A stretch of 58,850 nucleotides of DNA from a virus. The notes under the pieces were generated by a model. That model was not told the DNA's origin. It saw nothing but the letters and a program-made list of their open reading frames with translations, and searched no databases. The stretch lies in the IMG/VR virus record IMGVR_UViG_3300012347_000370, positions 1 to 58,850 of that record, one strand, 5' to 3'. The stretch's first letter is position 1; every line of letters begins with the position of its first letter. Shown piece by piece: positions 17,583 through 26,277 of the stretch. The translations under genes and the position numbers were made by a program.

Positions 17583-17780
17583 ATGTCGAACGGAAGCGAG
17601 CTCAAGAGCCTCGGCGCGCAGGCATTGCGGCTGGCAGGGTTCAAGCCCTGCCCTCGCTGGTGGCTCACAGAGGAACAGCTCGAACTGGTGGAGTACATGG
17701 CCAAGCAGAACGAACTCGAAGTGAACTCCATCCGGCGCTGGGCCTATCGGCAGCAAGAGGAGGACAGCAAGGATGTCTGA
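17583..17780 (+). CDS. Hypothetical protein (65 aa)
   Basis: TGAGGTAACCG-ATG. Confidence 0.6.
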   Translation: MSNGSELKSLGAQALRLAGFKPCPRWWLTEEQLELVEYMAKQNELEVNSIRRWAYRQQEEDSKDV

Positions 17781-17979
17781 GAAGAAGGACCGGCCAGCGG
17801 GGACGAGCATTACCCACTGCGGTAAGGGCCACCGGATGGAGGTGGTGGAGACGAGGAGCGCCAAGCTGGGATGGCTGCACACCATCTGGCGGCGCAAGCA
17901 GTGCAAGGTCTGTGGCGTCCAGATCAGGACGGCGGAGATCGAGTACGACCTCGCCAAAGAGGTGCTCGCCGATGACTGA
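17773..17979 (+). CDS. Zinc-ribbon protein (NrdR/Ogr-like C-terminal half-motif)
   Basis: RRKQCKVCGVQIRTAEIE resembles the second zinc knuckle of NrdR-type ribbons. Confidence 0.45.
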   Translation: MSEKKDRPAGTSITHCGKGHRMEVVETRSAKLGWLHTIWRRKQCKVCGVQIRTAEIEYDLAKEVLADD

Positions 17980-18352
17980 GCTGATGCAGGTCATGATCAG
18001 GGGCAAGCTCTACAAGAGCGTCAAGACCGCAGCCAGAGCGATCAAGGTGAAGCCCTGCACCATCTACTCGGCCCTGCACCGGGGCACGCTCGACACGGTC
18101 GGGCTCGGCACAGGCAAGGGGCGTCCGGTTACCCGGGGCGGTAAGCCCAAGCCTTTCACCATCGGACCCTTGAAGTTCGACAACCTGCGAGCCGCGTCGG
18201 TCGCGCTGGGCTACGAGAAGAACACGCTCTCGTCGATCCTGCGCCGCCGTGGCGAGAAGGCGCGGGGCGAGCTGCTGCGCCGTGCCATGGCCCTTGCCGC
18301 TGAGCGCGAGAACGCCGCCATGCGGGCACGCGCAGACGTCGTCGCGAAGTAA
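17972..18352 (+). CDS. DNA-binding protein with two NUMOD1/HTH-like modules
   Basis: The module is repeated: YKSVKTAARAIKVKPCTIYSALHRG and FDNLRAASVALGYEKNTLSSILRRRG. ATG 17972 overlaps the upstream gene. Confidence 0.5.
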   Translation: MTELMQVMIRGKLYKSVKTAARAIKVKPCTIYSALHRGTLDTVGLGTGKGRPVTRGGKPKPFTIGPLKFDNLRAASVALGYEKNTLSSILRRRGEKARGELLRRAMALAAERENAAMRARADVVAK

Positions 18353-18368
18353 CCCTCCGGGGTTACTT
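18347..18368. terminator. Bidirectional hairpin between convergent genes, built from the GTAACC/GGTTAC motif
   Basis: AAGTAACCC-tccg-GGGTTACTT. It contains both stop codons (TAA 18350..18352 and TTA 18363..18365). Confidence 0.55.
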
Positions 18369-18638
18369 CTTCGCCCAGGCCCGGTTCACGGACTTGGGCA
18401 CAGCCCGAAGGTTCGAGCGTGCATTGGTGCCGCCAGACCGAAGGGGCTTCTTGTGGTCGACGTCCTTGCCGTCGCCCTTCTTCACCACCCCTTCCTTCAT
18501 GAGTTCGCGGCGGGCGGCGTTGTTCATCGCCCGCTTCTTCACGTTCTCAGGACGGGCATTGTAGCCATCCACCTGACGCCGAATCTGGGTCGGCGTGCGG
18601 TGAGACTTCGGGTCTCGCTTCTCGCCCTTCTCAGCCAT
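18363..18638 (-). CDS. Small basic protein with HNH-like signature
   Basis: DVDHKKPLRSGGTNARSNLRAVPKSVN fits an H-N-N type pattern. Confidence 0.45.
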   Translation of the reverse strand: MAEKGEKRDPKSHRTPTQIRRQVDGYNARPENVKKRAMNNAARRELMKEGVVKKGDGKDVDHKKPLRSGGTNARSNLRAVPKSVNRAWAKK

Positions 18639-19131
18639 CTTTCTTCTTCCTCTTCGGCGTCGGATTGTTCTCAGCCACCATTTTACACCATTTGATGTAA
18701 TCGGACAGTGGAAGGTGACCCCTCCACATGTTCACAGCCGCGCAGACGATCTGGATATTTCCCCGGACGTAGCCCTTCGCAGGCACGATCCGATCTATAC
18801 TGGCGTTCGTCCACTGCTTCTTGCCGTAGATCAGCTTGCAAGTCAGCTCCTCGCCAGTCAGCGCGCACTTCCCCCCTTGCTGCTCATGCAGCTCCATCAG
18901 GTACTCGACCGTCAGCGTCTCGCTGCGGCCGCGCTTGTTCACCAGTCTGCGGTAGTATCGCTCCCAGTTCCCCGAGAGGGTCTCGTATGCTTTCGCGGTC
19001 GAGACGTTACCTGAGAGGTAACGCCATCGTTTCCGGCATTTCTCCGAGCAGCACTGGGTGGTCATCCTGGACGGCACGAACTTCGTCCCGCACACCACGC
19101 AGTACCGCTCGGCTGGTCCTGGCGCCTTCAA
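18631..19131 (-). CDS. His-Me finger (HNH/EndoVII-like) endonuclease with N-terminal zinc ribbon
   Basis: CVVCGTKF..CCSEKC, then CALTGEEL...ASIDRIVPAKGYVRGNIQIVCAAVN. Apparent TTG start. Confidence 0.55.
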   Translation of the reverse strand: MKAPGPAERYCVVCGTKFVPSRMTTQCCSEKCRKRWRYLSGNVSTAKAYETLSGNWERYYRRLVNKRGRSETLTVEYLMELHEQQGGKCALTGEELTCKLIYGKKQWTNASIDRIVPAKGYVRGNIQIVCAAVNMWRGHLPLSDYIKWCKMVAENNPTPKRKKKDG

Positions 19132-19152
19132 TTCCCTGCCTCACCGTTGCCC

Positions 19153-22100
19153 TCAATTGAAACGTGCCCGGTCGTTGGCCTTGTAGCGGCGCAGCGCGTC
19201 GATGCTGATCTTGCGCTGGCCCTTCGGCAGGGCTTCGTTGTAGCGACGGATGGCGGCGGCAGCCTTGGCGACTTCCGCAGGCGTGTCCGCGTTCATCCAA
19301 GCGTTCTCGAGACCTTCGCGGCCAGCCTGGCGGTCCTTGCTGTCCCTGATCTTCGAGCCGAGCTTGTCGCTGATCTCGGCCTGACGCAGCGACCGGAAGC
19401 CGATGACCTGACGCACGGCATCGCCCGCCGTCATCTCGCCCTCGGACACGCCGCGCACAGTCTTGGTGGCGTCCACCACCTGCTTGACCGGGATCATGAA
19501 GCCGAGCGCCTTGAGCACCTCGCCCTCCTGCCAAGCCTCGCGGGCGCGCAGCATGTCCACCGCCATGCCGCCCGGAGCGCCAAGGACCGTCGTGCCGATG
19601 AACGAGGTGAAGCCCTCGGGGTCGAGCGCCTTCGGGGCGAAGCCAGTGACAAGATCCTGCCAGCCCATGCGCGACTGGAGGTCGACGTCCAGCACCTTCG
19701 ACAGCGTGCCCTTGTTGATGGCCTGCTCGATGTCCTCACCGACGACACCGCGCACTCCTTCACGCCACCGCTCCTGCCACTCCTCCCACTCGTCTCCACC
19801 GAACGCCATGCCCGCCAGCGAGACGAGCTTGAGGGCCTCGATGCCCGGCAGCCCGAGCATCCCGCCGATGGCGAAGTTGATACCCATGAGGTTACCGAAC
19901 TGCTTGGCGGCGACCGCCTTCTCCTTGGGCGTGGCACCGCTGAACGCGCGGCGCAGGATGTCCCCGAGGAGCTGGTACTGGAGCTGGGCGTACTTCTTGA
20001 ACACGAGCGCGAAGCGCAGGATGCCCGCGCGCTGCATCCAGACCGGCGAGTTGGCGAGGTCGTAGCGACCCTGCGTCTGGCGGGTGACGTCCTGCGCGTA
20101 GGCGATGGCGTCCTTGTGGGTCATGCCATCCTTGCGCGCGAGGTCGTAGGCCGCGACAGCCGTGACCGTGCGGTTGATCGCTTCCATCGTGCTGGGCATC
20201 TGCCGCACGATGCGGTCCACCTTGGCGACGCCCTTGGTGAACTTGCCTGCGCCCGACGACAGCACGGTGGCGCTTTCGATCCCGACATCAGGAGCGACGT
20301 CGCCGGTGTCGACCAGCGCGTCCATCAGGTCGCTGTACTTCTGCCCCAGGTTCTTGCGGATGTTCGCGATGATGTCCTGGGTGTCGAGCTCGTTGTTACC
20401 CACCTGGGTAACCGCCGTCGCCGTGTTGCGAATGCCCCGGGCGAGCGTGCCACCGGTGCCGATCTTCGAGTAGGCAGCCGTGATCGCGGCGACAGACGCG
20501 CCGTTGCCGTGCCGCCCGCCGAGGATCGACAGCGAGTTGGTGATGACCTGGGTGCCGTTGATCATCCAGTTCGCAGCCGAGGCCAGCTTGTCCCAGCCGT
20601 TGATCATCACGAGGTTGTCAGCCAGTTGGCTGGTGTGATGGTGCTGGCCGACTTCCTGCTCGCGGTTGCGGAGCTCGTTGACGACCTGGCTGAGCACGCC
20701 GTCGCGCCCGCCGCGTTCCCGCTCGATCTCGAGGATGCGGTCGAACGCCTCGTGGCGAGCCGGGCCGGTCTGCACGGCAGCGATGTAGTTGCCGACCTGA
20801 CGACCGTAATGGGCAGCCGCGCGGCCGACTTCTTCCGAATAGCCCGCCACGTTCTTGCGCTTGAGGAGCCGCTTCTCGTAGCGATTGCCCGGGAGCTGCT
20901 GGGCGATGATCTCCTGAAGGAGCGCCTGTGCCTGCGCGCGGCGGGTCTTGGTGCCATCGTCTTCGGCGTTGCGGGCGTCGAAGGAACGCATCAGCGCCTC
21001 CGCCACCGAACCCTTGATCACGGTGCCGAGGTCTTGGGTGTTGTGGCGGGACATCACCACGGAGGCGTCGGTCAGGGTGCCGTTGATGACATCCTGCGCC
21101 GCGTCACGCGCGAAGGTCTTCGCGTCAGCTTCCGTCTCGAAGAAGTGCACCCCCTTGTTCTGGAGGTTCACCTCGATGACGTAGTCGTAGTCGCGGTCAG
21201 ACCGCTGGCCCGACTTGGTGACGAGCTCGCCGGTGGTGCGGTCCTTGTACTTGATCCGGTAGGACGCCAGCGGGAGTTCGTGCTTGGACACCCACTCGGA
21301 CACGGTGCGGTCGAGCGCGGTGCGGGCACCACGGACATCGGGGTCCACGGCAAAGCGCACGGTGCCGCCCGTTACCTCGGTGGTAACCGGAACCGTCGGG
21401 ACCGTCTTCCCCGGCCCCTTGCCCTTCTTGCCGACTTTCAGGCTGACGGTCTTGATGCCCGGATCGTCGACAGCGATCTCGGTGGTGACCACGAAGTCGC
21501 CGAAGCGCACGCTCGGGAAGTAGAGCCCCTTGCGCAGCCGCAGCTCGCGGGCGTTCACGAGGGTCTGGAACACCATGTCATCGCCGATGGCGGTCTTGTC
21601 GTCCTCGGTCAGCTTGCCTTCGACAGCCGCTTCCATGAGGCGCATGACCTCGCTGTTCGACAGTTTCTTGTCGAGCAGAGTGAGCGTGTTGTAGACGACG
21701 CCGCGCACCGCGTCGTTGTGCGACTGGCGGTAGTTCTCCGACATCTTCTCCAGCAGCGCCTTGGCCTCGGGGCTCAGGGCAGCGTGCTGCTTCTGGAGCT
21801 CCGGCAGGCGGGCCTTGGCCTGGAGGTTCGCCTTGGCGTTCCCGTCGAGGTGCTTGTTGTCGGCGTTGGGGCCGAGGTTCACGTCGAATGGTGCGATCTC
21901 GGTGATGAGATCGGACAGCTTCTTGGCCTCTTCGGGGTTCGCCTTGCGGAAGTCCTCGAACTCGGCGAAGTCCACGTTGTGGCGATCTTCGACCTGCCGG
22001 CGCACGGGCTCATAACTGAACACGGCGTTCAGGTAGTCCACCAGCGCGTTGCCCTGCTTGTCCTTGAAGCGGCTGCTATAGGTGCGGACGATGTCGTCCA

Positions 22101-25100
22101 GCGTGCGCAGCTTCAGGAGGAACGCCCGCCAGCCGGTGGCGTCCTTACCTGCGGGGTTATCGGCTTCCTTGGTCGCATTGTCGATCTTGGGCGAGCCGGT
22201 GTTGCCGCCAGCAGACGGGGTCTGCCCGGTCATCGCACGCGCGATCTTCGCAGCGATGGCGTCGAGGTCCGCATCGGTGGCCGTGCCGCCGAAGTCGTTG
22301 GCGATCACTTCCGCCACGCTCTTGGCCTGCGTCGGGCTCAGCCCGCGCGAGCGCAGCTTGCCCTCGATGGAGTCGGGGCTGGGGTCCATGTTGAGGCCCG
22401 GGCGCATCCCGCCCGTCGCGATGTTGCCCGCCCGCGCCTGCGGCGAAACGTCCAGCAGACGACCCGCGACGTCGAGTACGGCGTCCATCGCGGTCTTGGT
22501 GTCGGAGGCGTAACCTGCCTGGGTAAGCGCCTGCCGCGCGCCGAGGAAGTTTGCGATGGTGAACTTGAGCCACGACATGGCGCTGCGGATGCTGCCCACC
22601 ATCGTGCCCTTGATGCCCAGCGCCTTGGCGTCCGCAGCGGTGATCGGCGTGTTCGCCAGCAGCTCTTGGAACTGCGGGTTCGACCACGCTTCCGACAGGA
22701 ACTCGTGGATGTCCTGGAAGCCGTACTTGCTGCCGGTGTAGCCGGTGGCGTTTGCGTGATCGACCACGCGCGCCATCAGCTCCTCGAGCTGGTCGGCCAG
22801 CTCGGGATTCGCCTCGATGGCAGCCTCGAAAGCGGCGTGCGCCCCCTCGTGCAGCATGATGTGCGTCAGGGCGTTGTAGTCGCCAGTGGCCGACTCCCGG
22901 ATCAGGATGATGTCGGCGTCGTTCAGGTAGACGCCCATCCCGTCGGGCTCGCCCAGCGTGTCGAAGTAAGCGTCCGACACGACGAAGACGTCGACCGAAC
23001 CCACGACCGAGTTGATGGTCTTGAAGAGCTCCTTCGACAGGAGCTTCTGGAGCCGGGCCTCCTTGGGCGCGAGGATCTTGTTCTTGTCGATCAGCGCCGC
23101 CTGGAACCGTGCATTGGTGACAGCCTGGGCCACTTCGGACAGCGTGAGCTGCTCCAGCACGGACGATGCGAAGGTCGGCAGCGTGGGCTTGAGCCCTTTG
23201 CTGAACCGCTTCTGGATCGCCGCACCGATTTTGCCCTCGATGCGCTTGCGCTCGCCAGCGGCCACCTGACGCCCGACGAGCACGCGCTTCTTCTTGGTCT
23301 CGACCGTGGCGGTGCGCTCCGCAAACCCGCGCACGGCTGGAGTGCCGTCATCGTCGACAGCCTGCACGTCGGGCGCGCGGATAGCTTCGGGAACCTCCGG
23401 AACATCAGGCTCGCCGTCTTCCTCGTCGGTCTCCTCGGTTACCTCGTCAGGTACCGACTCGATCTCGTTCTCGGTCGCCTCTTCATTGGCGATCAGGGCG
23501 TCCTCGCCGGTCTCCGCATTCTCGTCGGCAGCCGACTCGGTGATGTCTGCGCCACCCTTCGACGGCCCCCGGGCCATCGCAGCCGTGCCTTCTTCGGCGC
23601 GCGTGGCACGCAGGTCCGTGGCGTCGCCGGTGTCGACGAAGATGAACTCGTTGGAGAGGAACGTCGCAAGGTCGCCCATGACGGCGATGCGAGTCTTTTC
23701 GGTCGGGTTCTTCGACATGCGGGCCAGCTTCGACGCCATCTTGTCGACGGTCGACAGCCAAGCCTGCGCGTTGGTGTGTGAGGGCAGCACGCGCTTGATC
23801 ACGGTGATCCCGCGCTTCTTGGCTTCCTTCAACGTGGCATCGAGCCGCTGATAGACCAGAGCCGCATCGCGGATCGACCGGATGTTCTCGATCTCCTTCG
23901 GAGCCATGTCCTCGAAGAGCTTCTGCGTCTTGACCGCGTTCTCGACGGCGGCCTCCTCGCGCTTGGCGTTCTTGTCCTCGGCAAAGCCACGACGGGCAGC
24001 GAGCTCGGCCTCGACCGTCTCAGACTCGCCCTTGTTGGCGCTTTCGATCTGCGCGCTGCGGTCAACATTCTGACGCAGGACATCCGAAGGTGCGGACCGT
24101 GCGGCAGCGGCGCGGTCGATACCCTCGTCGATGAGGGCCTGCTGCTCGGCCGTGGGCTCAAGGCGGATGACACGGCGACCGTCCGGCAGCTCCTCGACCT
24201 GGCTGCGTGCCTGCGAGACTTCCTTGGCGCGTTCCGCCGGGGAAGGTGCCGGGGCAGGCTCGGGCGTTACCTCGGGGGTAACCGGCTCGGCGGGGCGTTC
24301 GTATTGCGCGCGGACTTCGGGAGTGATCTCCACCTGGCGCACGGGATTGGCAGACTGACGGCGCGCGGCAAGGCGCTGCGCGACCACGTTCTGCGGGGCC
24401 TCGACCTGTACCGTGCTGCCCGGCGACTTCTCAGCCTCCAGCGCGGCAAGCTGTTCGGGCGCGGTCTCGACAGTGCCAGAGGCAGCCTTGAGCTCAGTGC
24501 CGTCAGCGGCACGCTCGACCACGCCCACGGGTTCATTGCCCCGCGCTGCGCTCTCGGCGGCCTGCGCCTTGGTGATCGGACCAAGACCCAGGAGTTGCCC
24601 CAGGTTGCCACGATTGTAGAGCTGCTTGATGCCGGACGGACCGAGACCGGTCTTGGTCTGATTCCAGTACAGCACGCCACCATCGAGGGGCATGACGCGG
24701 ATGCCGTTACCGCTCGGGGTAACAACGCCGCCCGCTGCGATGGTTTCATCGGGAATCCACACGGCCTTGCGCGGGTTCTTGCGGTCAGCCAGCGCAGCCG
24801 CCTGAGCCTCGAGCGTCTCGGGCGCTTCCGGCACGGTGGGCAGTGTGTCGCCTTCGCTCTCGGCGGTGGGTTCCGGAGCGGGTGCGGCGGGCGCGGCGGG
24901 CGCGGCGGGCGCAGGCGGCATGACACCAGCTTCGACGAGCTGGCGCTTCTGGTCCGGACTCATCGCCTGCCATTCAGCGTAAGTCGGAGCAGCGGGCGCA
25001 GGAGCGGGCGCGGCGGGAGCAGCAGGAGCAGCAGCGGCGGGAGCAGCAGCGGGCGCAGCAGGCGCAGGAGCAGCAGCGGCGGGAGCAGCAGCGGGCGCAC

Positions 25101-26277
25101 CAAGGACCGAGCGCGTGGCGTCGAGCGCCACCGCAACCTCGTCAGGAACGGCAGGTGCGGCAGGTGCGGCAGTCGCAGCAGGCGTGCCACCAGCGAGCGC
25201 AGCCGTCTGATCCGGAGCGGTGTTGCCCGTCGATACGCCGCTGTCCTTCTTGGGGCGCGAGACTGTGTTGGTCACGCCTCCGATGGTGCCGCCAACGGCA
25301 GCGCCAGCGGTGAAGGACTTCGCCAGCCGGTCGGCCACTTCCTCTGCGGTGTACTCGCCACCGCTCAGCGCGGTGACGCCCATGACGGTCGCTTCTTGAA
25401 GTGATTCGACGGTGCCTTCGACAATGGCCGTCTCGATGGTGCGCGCCAGAACGAGGGGAACGCCCTTCTTGGCCAGGACATTGACCAGCTTGCCGTCGAG
25501 CGCGTCCACGGCGAGCTTGCCCGGACGAAGCGGCCCGAACATCTTGATCAGACCGAACTGGTCGAGCGCAGCCATAAAGGTGCCAGCGCCGGTGGCAACC
25601 GCCACGCGCTGATCCAGCGTCAGGTCGGTGCGCGCCTTGAGCTCGTCGTTCGCCTCGGCCCCGAGCAGGACCGTGTTCAGCATCGGGGCAAACCCGCCGC
25701 TGGCAATCGCCGTACCCATTTGCGGCAGCGAGCTCGCAAGGTTCTCGGCGACGAACTGGGCGAACGAGCCGACGCCGTTGACGTCCTCATAGGACTTCGG
25801 CGTGAACCCCTCGGCAGCCAAGGTGGCAAGCACGCCACGGGCACTGGTGTAGGCTTCGCCCAGATCCTTGTTCAGGATCGCCTCGCGGCGCTGTTCGACC
25901 GTGACATCGGGACCGCCGACACGCTGGCGCGGAACGCCATCGCTTTCCTCGCCGACGCCGCGCGCCCAGTTGGCAGCCCGCCCCAGCATGTTGGGCGTGC
26001 CGTCATCATTGCTCAGAAGGTTCTCGTCGACGAAGTCGCGCGCAGCATCGAGGCCGCGACCGAGAGCACTCGTCTCCAGAGCGGCTCCTTGGTCGCGGGC
26101 CATCTCCCGCCCACCCTTGATTGCGCGGGCATCGCCTTGCTCGAACGCCTTGCCGATCCGACCCATGGTCGAGGTGTCAGCACGCTCCTTGACGACGGGA
26201 GCTGCATCCCACCAGTTTTGCTCGCCACCTTCTTCCTTGTCGGCGGCGACGGGTGCGGCTTCCCACCAGTTTTCCAT
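19153..26277 (-). CDS. Giant virion/ejection-type protein (2374 aa) with zincin HExxH motif and Ala/Pro-rich linker
   Basis: Last gene of the virion arm, ATGA-coupled to the upstream gene. It has IMLHEGAHAAFE and an AP-rich tract encoded around 24.9-25.15 kb. Confidence 0.75.
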   Translation of the reverse strand: MENWWEAAPVAADKEEGGEQNWWDAAPVVKERADTSTMGRIGKAFEQGDARAIKGGREMARDQGAALETSALGRGLDAARDFVDENLLSNDDGTPNMLGRAANWARGVGEESDGVPRQRVGGPDVTVEQRREAILNKDLGEAYTSARGVLATLAAEGFTPKSYEDVNGVGSFAQFVAENLASSLPQMGTAIASGGFAPMLNTVLLGAEANDELKARTDLTLDQRVAVATGAGTFMAALDQFGLIKMFGPLRPGKLAVDALDGKLVNVLAKKGVPLVLARTIETAIVEGTVESLQEATVMGVTALSGGEYTAEEVADRLAKSFTAGAAVGGTIGGVTNTVSRPKKDSGVSTGNTAPDQTAALAGGTPAATAAPAAPAVPDEVAVALDATRSVLGAPAAAPAAAAPAPAAPAAAPAAAAPAAPAAPAPAPAAPTYAEWQAMSPDQKRQLVEAGVMPPAPAAPAAPAAPAPEPTAESEGDTLPTVPEAPETLEAQAAALADRKNPRKAVWIPDETIAAGGVVTPSGNGIRVMPLDGGVLYWNQTKTGLGPSGIKQLYNRGNLGQLLGLGPITKAQAAESAARGNEPVGVVERAADGTELKAASGTVETAPEQLAALEAEKSPGSTVQVEAPQNVVAQRLAARRQSANPVRQVEITPEVRAQYERPAEPVTPEVTPEPAPAPSPAERAKEVSQARSQVEELPDGRRVIRLEPTAEQQALIDEGIDRAAAARSAPSDVLRQNVDRSAQIESANKGESETVEAELAARRGFAEDKNAKREEAAVENAVKTQKLFEDMAPKEIENIRSIRDAALVYQRLDATLKEAKKRGITVIKRVLPSHTNAQAWLSTVDKMASKLARMSKNPTEKTRIAVMGDLATFLSNEFIFVDTGDATDLRATRAEEGTAAMARGPSKGGADITESAADENAETGEDALIANEEATENEIESVPDEVTEETDEEDGEPDVPEVPEAIRAPDVQAVDDDGTPAVRGFAERTATVETKKKRVLVGRQVAAGERKRIEGKIGAAIQKRFSKGLKPTLPTFASSVLEQLTLSEVAQAVTNARFQAALIDKNKILAPKEARLQKLLSKELFKTINSVVGSVDVFVVSDAYFDTLGEPDGMGVYLNDADIILIRESATGDYNALTHIMLHEGAHAAFEAAIEANPELADQLEELMARVVDHANATGYTGSKYGFQDIHEFLSEAWSNPQFQELLANTPITAADAKALGIKGTMVGSIRSAMSWLKFTIANFLGARQALTQAGYASDTKTAMDAVLDVAGRLLDVSPQARAGNIATGGMRPGLNMDPSPDSIEGKLRSRGLSPTQAKSVAEVIANDFGGTATDADLDAIAAKIARAMTGQTPSAGGNTGSPKIDNATKEADNPAGKDATGWRAFLLKLRTLDDIVRTYSSRFKDKQGNALVDYLNAVFSYEPVRRQVEDRHNVDFAEFEDFRKANPEEAKKLSDLITEIAPFDVNLGPNADNKHLDGNAKANLQAKARLPELQKQHAALSPEAKALLEKMSENYRQSHNDAVRGVVYNTLTLLDKKLSNSEVMRLMEAAVEGKLTEDDKTAIGDDMVFQTLVNARELRLRKGLYFPSVRFGDFVVTTEIAVDDPGIKTVSLKVGKKGKGPGKTVPTVPVTTEVTGGTVRFAVDPDVRGARTALDRTVSEWVSKHELPLASYRIKYKDRTTGELVTKSGQRSDRDYDYVIEVNLQNKGVHFFETEADAKTFARDAAQDVINGTLTDASVVMSRHNTQDLGTVIKGSVAEALMRSFDARNAEDDGTKTRRAQAQALLQEIIAQQLPGNRYEKRLLKRKNVAGYSEEVGRAAAHYGRQVGNYIAAVQTGPARHEAFDRILEIERERGGRDGVLSQVVNELRNREQEVGQHHHTSQLADNLVMINGWDKLASAANWMINGTQVITNSLSILGGRHGNGASVAAITAAYSKIGTGGTLARGIRNTATAVTQVGNNELDTQDIIANIRKNLGQKYSDLMDALVDTGDVAPDVGIESATVLSSGAGKFTKGVAKVDRIVRQMPSTMEAINRTVTAVAAYDLARKDGMTHKDAIAYAQDVTRQTQGRYDLANSPVWMQRAGILRFALVFKKYAQLQYQLLGDILRRAFSGATPKEKAVAAKQFGNLMGINFAIGGMLGLPGIEALKLVSLAGMAFGGDEWEEWQERWREGVRGVVGEDIEQAINKGTLSKVLDVDLQSRMGWQDLVTGFAPKALDPEGFTSFIGTTVLGAPGGMAVDMLRAREAWQEGEVLKALGFMIPVKQVVDATKTVRGVSEGEMTAGDAVRQVIGFRSLRQAEISDKLGSKIRDSKDRQAGREGLENAWMNADTPAEVAKAAAAIRRYNEALPKGQRKISIDALRRYKANDRARFN

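Noticed and set aside
19147-23781. Very long antisense ORFs. Examples: 19147..23781 + (1544 aa), 26253..28778 +, 31330..34161 +, 35006..36619 +, 37740..39332 +, 43352..44983 +, 49588..51123 +, 10787..12817 -, 14467..15852 -, 6291..7403 -.
   Set aside because: They are shadow ORFs typical of high-GC DNA. Their translations are Arg/Gly/Pro/Ala/Val-rich and non-protein-like. They have no SD or junction motif and are fully contained opposite well-supported genes.
19153-26277. The giant protein as an N4-like virion RNA polymerase or a DarB-like methylase/helicase.
   Set aside because: I could not recognise polymerase, helicase (Walker A/B) or methyltransferase motifs by eye. Only an HExxH motif and low-complexity linkers are evident.
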